This document shows, in pieces, positions 54,096 to 64,000 of a stretch of 64,000 nucleotides of DNA. The notes under the pieces are model-generated. The model searched no databases and was not told where the DNA came from. It saw only the letters and a list, made by a program, of their open reading frames with translations. Source of the stretch: Eledone cirrhosa (taxonomy: Eukaryota); assembly GCA_964016885.1 (NCBI GenBank), contig OZ024742.1, forward strand, positions 301,258,001 to 301,322,000. The letters are read 5' to 3'. How positions within the stretch are numbered: the first letter of the stretch is position 1; the number at the start of each line of letters is the position of its first letter. The translations under genes were made by a program, and so were the position numbers.

Positions 54096-55068
54096 TAAGG
54101 ACAAAAAAGAGACGAGCAGATTTTGTTAAAGGATGAACAGGCGAGACAAGGAACAAGTTACTTCTATGAGAGTCATAAAGGTAGATAACTCTTAACGTCT
54201 GTCCTGCAATTATATATATTATATCAGATACAACTGTGGTGGGGCTTAAGCAGATAACGATTCTTATCTTGAAGTACGTTCAAGACAAATGTTGATTGTC
54301 AACACTCAATATTAAAATCAACACCTAGACTTTCATTGAAATATAATAAACACATGAGCATGCCAACAGAGACAGCTTATTCCGTTGTTGCTCGACCGAC
54401 TAACAGTAACAGTCAAACATCCCTCACCAAACTCTACTACGTTAGAAAGAAAGGAATGAAATATCAAATAATATAGTCCTAGACACATTATATTTAAATA
54501 AAAGACAAGATAGTTAAGGTTTGAATATCTTTACATTTGATCGTAGACATGTTCGATTTAGACTGACCTGAGGCTAAATAACAACAGTTGAATAGTCATT
54601 GGTAAACTGCGGCATGCCTAACCTTCTGACGGGCACACTTCAACGAAAAGTAACCTTGATTTTCTTTTTTTGAGCTACAATCTCATGCGCCCACTGCTCA
54701 AAAAAGGTTGCCCCCATGCCCGAAAAAAGAAAATGTATTGAAATAGGTTTACAGCAACGACAAGGGAGATAATTCTCAATACCTTTACAGCAGTATGTAT
54801 GTAATGTACAGTTGGTTCGATTGATATGATATCATCACTAGCAGTATTTTCACGTCTGCCATTCAATGCTAACATTGGTTGGATGAAACTTTCGCGACTC
54901 TAATTCTTTTAGTCACCTCTTACAACACCCAGGGATACGGTGTAAGTATTCTAAAAAAAAACAAAAAAAAACGAATGCACACAAACCTGTATTTAAAAAA
55001 AAACGTTCCAATAAAGACAATCTCGTAATTTTGGGGTTTTTGCAGAAATAATATGCCCTGTTCCGTGA

Positions 55069-55345
55069 AGGCAAGTAGTCTAATGGTTAGGGTTTCAGCG
55101 CTTTGTGTCCTTGAGCAAGACATTTTATATCATGTTACTCCAGTCCACTCAGCTGGAAAAAATGAATGGTATCTAAAGTTACATATTATGTCATGCTGCA
55201 ACCCCACCCCCCTCGCCCCAAGAATTACATTACGGGTGTACGTGTGCTGGAAAATGCTAAGCTATTTGTACTTTAATTTTACGAGCAACCTGTTCCGTTG
55301 ATCAAACAACTGGAGCATTCGTCGTCGGAACCGACGGAGGTCCGA
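55069..55345 (+). mobile_element. CORE-like tRNA SINE
   Basis: A-box-like tagtctaatggtt; gtgtccttgagcaagac...ccagtccactcagctg. Confidence 0.6.
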
Positions 55346-55743
55346 CAGCCTCGCACATACTTCGGATTACATAATTTGATAAAAATTTGGCTGCTATCTC
55401 TAGTAGGTCAAGTAGTATCATTGTGAAGTGTAAGCAAAGCTTGTAAGTGTGCTTGATATTCAAGTGGAAACAACAGAAGTGCAAACGACAGAAGAGGGAC
55501 GATATGAACACTTAGGCAACACTTATATATACCATGGTAAATAAGCAATCTTAATTTTAACCAAAAAATATATTAAACCAGAAAAAGTATTAACCTTTTT
55601 GGTACTAAATCACCACTAATTCGACATTACAAAACTATATATTTTATAATACTTATATTTATTTTAAAATCTTCTTTCAGAATTTATGTAGGAACCTTTG
55701 TTATGTTTCAGACACCAACTTAGTGGTGAGAAACTTATATATA

Positions 55744-56398
55744 CTAGCAGAAAAACCACCTTTCGGGTGGTTTTCTGCTAGCATGTGTAGTGTGTATATT
55801 GATATTATACGCAAGAATATATACATGTAGATATGATACATCAAATAAAATCGTAATTGACAATATATAATACATAGAAATTGAACGAAGACTGTGTTAC
55901 ACTGCCTTATGTAATCAATAACGTAATATAAACTGCATTAGGAGAAAATTAGTGACAGAAAATTAATGTTTATTTAAGCGATCGCCACCGGAAGTGTTGA
56001 CATTTGAAAGTTTTAAAGAAGTGAATCTTTAAATAAATAATAAAATATATTTAATGAACAGCCACGAAATTTAGTAGATAATTATGTAATATTCATTCAT
56101 TATTTATTCAAAGTAATTAGGGTGGTGGATTGGCAGAATTGGTAGAGGATTGGACATGCTTTCCAGCATAGTTACGTCCTTTTACGATCTGAGTTCAAAT
56201 CCCGCCGAGGTTAACTTTGCCTTTCATCCTTACGAGGTCAATAAAATAAAGTACCAGTAATGTACTGGGTAATTTCTGGCCTTGTGCCGAAAGTAGAAAC
56301 AATTATTTATTCAAAGTAATCCAACTTATTTTACAAATGGGATAAAAAAAAATAAACCGTACGCAATCCCGCAGACCTTCTTTTATTATAGTTTAGAT
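55744..56398 (-). mobile_element. Non-autonomous Helitron H1, full length, interrupted by SINE S1 (56118-56301)
   Basis: TCTAAACTATAATAAA start, CTAG palindromic end; SINE flanked by a 19-bp TSD. Confidence 0.78.
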
Positions 56399-56486
56399 TT
56401 CTAAATCCCTTAATAATGAGAAAGTTATATATATTACCAAATAATAATAAGAAAGTGAAATATATAACTACATCCCTTAATAATGA

Positions 56487-56698
56487 TTTCTAGTATAGGT
56501 ACAAGGCTAGTAATTTGGAGGAGGGGAAATTCGATTAAATCAACCCCAGTACGTTACTGGCTTTATTTTATCGACCCCGTCAGGATGAAAGACAAAGTTA
56601 ACCTCGGTGAGATTTGAACTCAGACCGTAAAGGGCCAGAACTATATGCTGCAAAGCATGGTGTCCGACTCTCTACCGATACTGCCAATCCACCGCTCT
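56487..56698 (-). mobile_element. SINE S1 variant with 18-bp TSD
   Basis: tacatcccttaataatga at 56469-56486 and 56699-56716. Confidence 0.8.
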
Positions 56699-56724
56699 TA
56701 CATCCCTTAATAATGAGAAAGTTA

Positions 56725-57190
56725 TAAGAATAATAATGAAAATTATTGTGTACAGTTCTCAAGTGCACTACAACTCATCAAATCTGCATGTATAGTACAT
56801 AGAATAATGTACAAATGTCAGAAAAGTGAACAGTGTATGAGTCATGATATACACATAGGCACACATACACGTGTGTATGGAGGGGGAACATCAGGTGTAG
56901 TGTTGGCGAATTTCGGGAAGCATGGAAGTTTTGAAGGATGCAGTGTCCTGACAGCTAACAACTGATGCATTGTTTGTTCCATGCTTCAGCAACTCTGAAC
57001 GTGAAAAAATGTTTCCAAAAGTCATGGGAGCTGTACGGTTTTCTGATTTTGTAAGCATGTCCACAGATGTTAGACATATGGAATTCAAAGAGGTGCTCAA
57101 GGTTGATGTTGGTTAATAATTTTGTGGGTGTCTACCAAGTCAGACGTCAGAGCTTTAATGTATCCATGCCCGGGGAAGCAAGGCGTTCAG
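56725..57190 (-). mobile_element. CR1/L2-type LINE 3' remnant
   Basis: KHFFTFRVAEAWN...ASVVSC..TASFK-like peptide on the minus strand. Confidence 0.6.
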
Positions 57191-57212
57191 AGCCCCCTCC
57201 CCTTCCTCCTTT

Positions 57213-57382
57213 TTCTTCGTGGCCGGAGGTTTCTTATTAGCACCAACTTTCTTTTGTATTTTAACATGGTTCATAGTTCAAATGAATAAGCGTGGAGCTT
57301 ATTCTGTAGCAAAAGCAAATAAAAAGACGAAACGGAATATGGAAATTTCAAGTATTTCACAGAATATACTCATCTATCAGAA
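57213..57382 (+). pseudogene. Partial duplicate of SLC16 last exon lying upstream of exon 6
   Basis: Closely matches 59384-59553; the stop TAG reads CAG here. Confidence 0.85.
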
Positions 57383-57419
57383 TTAATAACGATTGATCAA
57401 TTTTATTTAACCTTTCCAG

Positions 57420-57545
57420 CTGCCGATGCCGCCTTGACACCATTGGTATTGATAGAAATTGTTGGTTATGATCGGTTGAACAGCTCCGTTGGTTTTATGT
57501 GTATGTTTAGAGGAATTCCTATCCTGATTGCTGGACCTATAGGAG
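57420..57545 (+). CDS. SLC16: SLC16 exon 6
   Basis: ctttccag acceptor; LTPLVLIEIVGYDRLNSSVG...GPIGG; G|GTACGT donor. Confidence 0.9.
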
Positions 57546-57617
57546 GTACGTTGTCTCGGATGTCTTTTACATTTATTCTCATAGTCAAGTCGTACGATCA
57601 ACTTAGTTACCTCTATC

Positions 57618-57708
<91 letters not shown>

Positions 57709-57736
57709 AAGAGAGAGAGAGAGGGAGAGCGAGAGA

Positions 57737-57780
<44 letters not shown>

Positions 57781-57794
57781 GGGAGAGCGAGAGA

Positions 57795-57862
<68 letters not shown>

Positions 57863-57990
57863 GGTGTCGAGACGGAGGAGACCACTAATCATGGGAGTAC
57901 TCAATACATGGGGATATGCAGAGTGGGTATAGAGATGTGTAAATCTCGACTGCGGCGCCAAGCGGTTTCAGCTTGTGTGTTAAGCAAGCC

Positions 57991-58067
<77 letters not shown>

Positions 58068-58146
58068 GTGTTTGTATGAGATCTATGCTAGAGTAGGCTT
58101 CGAAACCTCAGGTAGCAAGCCTCTTTGTTGAGAAATTATATATATA

Positions 58147-58739
58147 CTAGACCACCCGTGACCCGTTGGCTCACGTTCTCTTCAAAATATTTTTTAAGAA
58201 TCATGTTCACTTAAAAATAATTTTTAAATAATTAAAATATATACAGACATGTATATAATGTGGAACGAAACTATACGTGGGTGTATGTATATATATATAA
58301 ATGTGTGTGTATACATATATATATATGAGCTATATACACTGGTCATAGACACACGCACAGACACATATACACACACACACATATATATACACACACACTC
58401 ACATATATATATACATAACAACACTACCAGCTCTCTCTCTCTTCCATTCTTCTCCTTCTCTGTCGCCCCCCCCCCCCATCTCTATCTCTATTTCAATCTA
58501 CTTTCTCACAACCACTATTTCTTTCTCTCTCTTTCTCTGTTTATGAAGGTACCTGGAAAAAACCCATATCTCGGGAACCTGTGTTCCGATTTACGCGAAA
58601 CTTGTTTTATTCCATTTGTATCTCCATTTCAGGGTCAACTTCCTTTCAAAGTATTTTCCCCTTCATGCGTCCTTTTGGCTGTATTACATTACAGACAAGT
58701 AAGCAAGCTAGCAATCACAGAGTTTTAGTAGTATATAGA
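58147..58739 (-). mobile_element. Non-autonomous Helitron (another family)
   Basis: Minus strand A|TCTATATACTACTAAAAC start; cgtga...tcacg hairpin then CTAG|T. Confidence 0.7.
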
Positions 58740-58977
58740 TATATTTTGGCTCTGTGCTTAACATAGAGCGCTCTTTTCCCTTTATCTATCTTACGGAAAT
58801 TCTCGACATTACATACATAAAAAAACGTCTATTTCGATATTGAGTACTCTTTTGCCTTGTCCGTCAGTTACATATATTGAACTTCTTTACTCTCTATCAT
58901 CCGACGCGTGAACTTAATAACACTAATTGCTGTTTGCATCTCAGTGTTTGTCATTTTTTTATTATTATTATTATTAT

Positions 58978-59073
<96 letters not shown>

Positions 59074-59161
59074 ATGTGTGTATGCATGTGTGTTTAAGCA
59101 AAGAATCGCTGCTTTCACCCTTGTGAAAGCAGCGATTCTTTGCTTAAACTTTAATCTGTTA

Positions 59162-59238
<77 letters not shown>

Positions 59239-59345
59239 CAGTCGTACGACAATCTTAGTTACCTCTAATGAACATAATTACATGCATACATACTAGACAG
59301 GACACTACAAACAAACAGTAAACATTTGTGTTACGTAATTTGCAG

Positions 59346-59533
59346 GTTATTTACGGGATGTGACGGGAAAATACGATGCCACCTTCTTCATGGCCGGAGG
59401 ATTCTTATTAGCATCAACTTTCTTTTGTATTTTAACATGGTTCATAGTGCGAATGAACAAGTGTGGAGCTTATTCTGTAGCAAAAGCAAGTAAAAAGACG
59501 AAACGGAATATGGAAATTGCAAGTATTTCATAG
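59346..59533 (+). CDS. SLC16: SLC16 exon 7 (last coding exon)
   Basis: tttgcag acceptor; GYLRDVTGKYDATFFMAGG...; TAG at 59531-59533. Confidence 0.92.
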
Positions 59534-59648
59534 AAAATATTCAGCTATCAAAATGTTATTATTATTTTTATAAAGTACCAGTAATGCACTGGGATAATTG
59601 CTGGCCTTGTGCCAAACAGTAGGAACAATTACTATTTTTATTATTATT

Positions 59649-60350
59649 ACTAGCAGAAAACCCACTCTTCGGATGGCTTTCTGCTAGCATATGTAGTGTG
59701 CATATTGATATTATACGCAAATATATATACATGTAGAGATATGATACATCAAATAAAATTGTAAATGAGAATATGCACAGAAATTGAAGAGAGACTGTGT
59801 TACACTCTCTTCAGTAATCAGTAAAATAATCCATGATACATTTTAAAAAAGGCGATATTATATATAAACTGCATTACGGTGAAATGTAATGAAAACGAAA
59901 AAGTAGAAAATTATCGACGGAAATATAAACATTATGATATAACGATGAACATATATGAACGTTTACATAAGCGATGTGATATATAGCGTACGTTATATCA
60001 TAACCGGAAGTATTGACATTGGAAATTAAAAAAAAAAGTGAATCTTAAAATAAGCAATTATTATATATAAGAATATTTATGTTTAATCAAAAGCTACGGA
60101 ATTTAGTACATAATTTATGTAATATTCTGGCAGTATCGGTAGAGTGTCGGACACCATGCTTTGCAGCATAGAGTTACGCCCCTGTATGCTCTGAGTTCAA
60201 ATCCCATCGAGGTTAACTTTGCCTTTCATCCTTACAGGGTCGATTAAATAAAGTACCAGTAATACACTGGGATAATTGGTGGCCTTGTGCCAAAAGTAGA
60301 AACAATTATTTATTCAAAGTAATCCAACTTATTTTAGTAACGGGATAAAA
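59649..60350 (-). mobile_element. Non-autonomous Helitron H1 interrupted by SINE S1 (60128-60304)
   Basis: CTAG palindrome end; body homology to the other H1 copies. Confidence 0.72.
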
Positions 60351-60405
60351 AAAAATATATTAAGGACACAGTCCCACTCTCCTCTCTTTATTATATTATG
60401 ATAGT

Positions 60406-60885
60406 ACGGTGGATTGGCAAAATCGGTAGAGCGTCGAACAACATGCTTTGCGGCATGTAGTTACGACCCTTTATGTTCTAAGTTCAAATCACGCCGTGGT
60501 CAGCTTTGCCTTTCATCCTTACAGTGTCGATAAAATAAAGCACCAGCAATGCACTGGGGTCGATTTTTTAAAATCGGCTTTCCCTTTTTTTAAAATCAGC
60601 TTTCCCTCGCCCTAAATTGCTAGCCTTGTGCCTATAGTAGAAATCATTATTATTATCATTATGGTGGTGGATTGGCAGAGTTATTGTGGTGTCGGACGGA
60701 ATGCTTGACAGTATTCGTTCTGAGTCTTTATTTTCTGAGTTCAAATCTCGCCGAGGCCAACTTTGACTTTTATTCTTTTGTGGTCGATAAAATAAAGTAC
60801 CAGTGAAACACTGGGGTTGATATAATCGACTGATGCCCCTCTTCAAATTGCTGGTCTTGTGCCAAAATTAATAAAAAAAATTATT
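60406..60885 (+). mobile_element. Two tandem SINE S1-type copies
   Basis: Two A/B-box + core units joined through an (ATT)n tail. Confidence 0.75.
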
Positions 60886-61314
60886 ATTCCAATCATCATC
60901 ACCATCACCATCATTACCACCACCACCACCACCACCACCACCACCACAATTATCATCATCATCTTCTTCATCTTCATTATGTTTTAAATAGATTTATGGC
61001 ACTACTGCATCACCTTTGCACCTCTATGTAACTGAGGTAGATGCAAACTTGTTTATTAAGAATGTAGAATTGTTTGTTAAACTAGATCAGTTTTGTTTTG
61101 CTATTTCTTTTGTTATGTTAGTTTTATATTTATCTATTTTGTAATATAAATTGTGTTATTTTGTTGAGTGTTGTGTGATGGATGTTTTAGTGTCAGATGG
61201 TGATTGTGGGTTGTTATATTAAGAGAAGATAGTTGTGTAGGGCGTGTTACATAATGGAAGGTAACTGTGAATGTTGTGTTATATCAATAACAGGTATCTG
61301 TATAGAGCGTTAGA

Positions 61315-61498
61315 TAATTGTTTCTACTTTAGGCACAAGGTCAGCAAATACCCAGTGCATTACTGGTACTTTATTTTATCGACCCCGTAAGGATGAAAGG
61401 CAAAGTCAACCTCGGTGGGATTTGAACTCAGATCGTAAAGGGACGTAACTATGCTGGAAAGCATGGCGTCCGACCCTCTACCGATACTGCCAATCCAC
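61315..61498 (-). mobile_element. SINE S1
   Basis: Core, boxes, tail. Confidence 0.8.
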
Positions 61499-61567
61499 AT
61501 AATGGGAGTCAGCTTTGGAGGTTGTGTTATGACTTGGGAGATAGTTTTACACTACTTTTACACTAAA

Positions 61568-61890
61568 TTCTTGAATTAAAGTAGTTTTTGAAGATCATGA
61601 AATAATATTATATATAGATACTTGAATTAAAGTACTTTTTGAGGATCATAAAATAATATTATATATAGATTCTTGAATTGAAGTACTTTTTGAGGATCAT
61701 AAAATAATATTATATATAGATTCTTGAATTAAAGTACTTTTTGAGGATCATGAAATAATATTATATATTATCTTGAATTAAAGTACTTTTTGAGGATCAT
61801 GAAATAATATTATACGTAAATTCTTGAATTAAAGTACGCTGTGAGGATCATGAAATAATATTATATATTATCTTGAATTAAAGTACTTTT
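61568..61890. repeat. AT-rich ~50-bp tandem repeat, ~6 copies
   Basis: ttcttgaattaaagtactttttgaggatcatgaaataatattatata. Confidence 0.9.
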
Positions 61891-64000
61891 CAAGAATCAC
61901 GCCTGGTGAGAGTGGGTAAAAATACTGACATAAACTGAAAATGAAATAAGATGCTACTTGACTAGCAGACATTGAAATATAACAAATTGATTCCTCATTC
62001 AACTTGAATATGTTTTGTTATTAAAGACTATCTAAGTGTGATGGAGTGGCCCTATTGCGAACAGCTTCTATGACTGTATTTTGTCAAGACACGGCAAAAG
62101 AGAATAGCGAAACATTATCTTTAGTTTCACCTTTTTTATATCAAAATAACTGTGAGAATATTGTTAAGCCATCAGCCAATGAAACCAGTGAAAGACTGAG
62201 TGACTAACATGACAATTATTACACGAGGGCCGCTGTGTTAGCTTCTTTCTAGTTTGTTGAGAATGCAGCAATCCATATGCATGAAAGCACAATAAAGGTT
62301 ACTGAAAACTGCATTATAATACAAATATATCAGTTAGAGTGAATGTTATAGATGATGAGTTGATCAAAAGACTAATAGAAATGTACCATGTTATCACATG
62401 TTGGGTGGATCTGACTATCAGCTGAGTCTATTGTGACGGTCAACCCATGGTCATCCTTTGGCAAGAAAAAGTGGTTAATTTTCCTCTACCTAGTAGCTAC
62501 GGCAATGGTGAATGAGGTTTTATTATGGATAAGATTAAATTGGTTGAGGACATGGCATTGTATCTATGGTCAAACCCTCATCAATTTCTCTAAATAACAC
62601 TTTAAGCCTTTAGCATTTACATTACTCTATATTTACTATCATATTTTCATGGTAAATACTTTATTTCACATAATCATTTCACATAATATCAAATCTACAG
62701 GATTTTGATGTTATTTATTTTGGGAACAATACCTTAACACAAGTATGAGCAGACTGCTATGGCCAGTTTGAACAGAATTAGATGAGGGGATTCTGGCCGG
62801 TTTAAATGCTAAAGGGTTTAAGAAGATGAACATAGAGAAGTTAGCCCTGCCTTTGAGATTATTGAAAACGGCTAGATTAACTTACATTGGTTAAATAAGA
62901 GGCAAGAAACTGGAAGAGAACACTTTTGAAGCTTTTGAGGTGGCAAAATGATCCATGCCTTTGTGGAACTTTCACCTAAAATACTCCAGATGGTTTTCCC
63001 CTTATTGAAAACCTTTCTATTTGACATTTTATCATCTATTGTTTTTGTTGATTTCACACTATTTTTACTCAATGTAACCTAAAATTCTATTGTTTTTCAT
63101 ATTTTTACTGTCCACGTTTTGATCTTTTGTTGTCAATAAAAGAAATTATTATTATTATTATCACTATTATTGAGTAATCTTATTTTCAATATTATTTTCA
63201 CTTTATGATTCAGCACAGCGCTGTGAGCCTTGGGTGTATGCAGTACTTTATTTTAGGTTTGTCTTTCTTTTGCTGGAATAACCAAGCACCCTCACATGCA
63301 TTACCTGATATATTGGTAAGGCAGGTCAATATACTCACAGCACTGTCACAGGTGATAGCAAGTCTAAGTCCCTAAAATAACCAAGCACTGTCACATGCAT
63401 TACCTGATACGTTGATGGGGCAGGTCAACATACTCGAAACACTGTCACAGGTGTTAGCGCGATTATGACGCTATCACCAGAGGTAATACAGAGAGCATGT
63501 TGGTTTATCTCAAAAGTTATTAGATGGAAAATCCAGCGTCCCTTGTAGTGGCATGTTAAGAAGAAGAAGAAGAAGAAGAAGAATAAGAAAATAGAAGTTT
63601 AAAACTATTTCTAATATTACAAATTACAAACACAAATACCATAGCCGTCAAAATTCAACACATACACAGGTATATCTCTATTACTTGATTACATAAATAT
63701 TTTACATGAAAATATACAATCAAAACATAAGAAAATATTATGTCAAAACTAAGTCTATTAATCGGCCACACACCACAAGGGGTGCCGGAGTCTACCTCTA
63801 ATTTTTTTTAAGCAATGTTCCCGAGGTGATAACGAGGCTAAGGCACTGGAACAACCAAGCACCTTCACAGTCATCGCCTGATAGCTTGGTATTTAATTAA
63901 AGCTATACACGATAGTTGGGGGAAAATATGCATCAGGCTATTCCAGCTAGACGCACTGTTGTGCAGTGTATATGTATATGTGTATATATATATATATAGA

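Overview
Repeat-rich animal genomic DNA. The SINE, microsatellite and TE spectrum suggests a cephalopod (octopus-like), which is an inference. One host gene is readable on the + strand: a 7-coding-exon SLC16/monocarboxylate transporter (26643-59533, about 487 aa, all splice phases compatible; exon 1 is predicted). The rest is transposon-derived: three large decayed Tx1-clade LINEs plus a 3' fragment, a CRE-clade RLE retrotransposon with an N-terminal PHD finger, Penelope-like elements with four hammerhead ribozyme motifs, a near-complete RepHel Helitron, several non-autonomous Helitrons, MITEs/fold-backs, RTE and CR1 remnants, and about 13 copies of one tRNA-type SINE. Most notable: (1) a 3-kb satellite made of about 65-70 copies of the transporter's own exon-1 end plus splice donor, with every third donor in frame, and a smaller array of its exon-3 branch point/acceptor; (2) conserved donor-polypyrimidine-acceptor signals between ORF1 and ORF2 of two divergent Tx1 elements; (3) a SINE sharing the Tx1 3' end and repeatedly inserting at ATTATT sites. 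Coordinates were read by eye and element boundaries are approximate.
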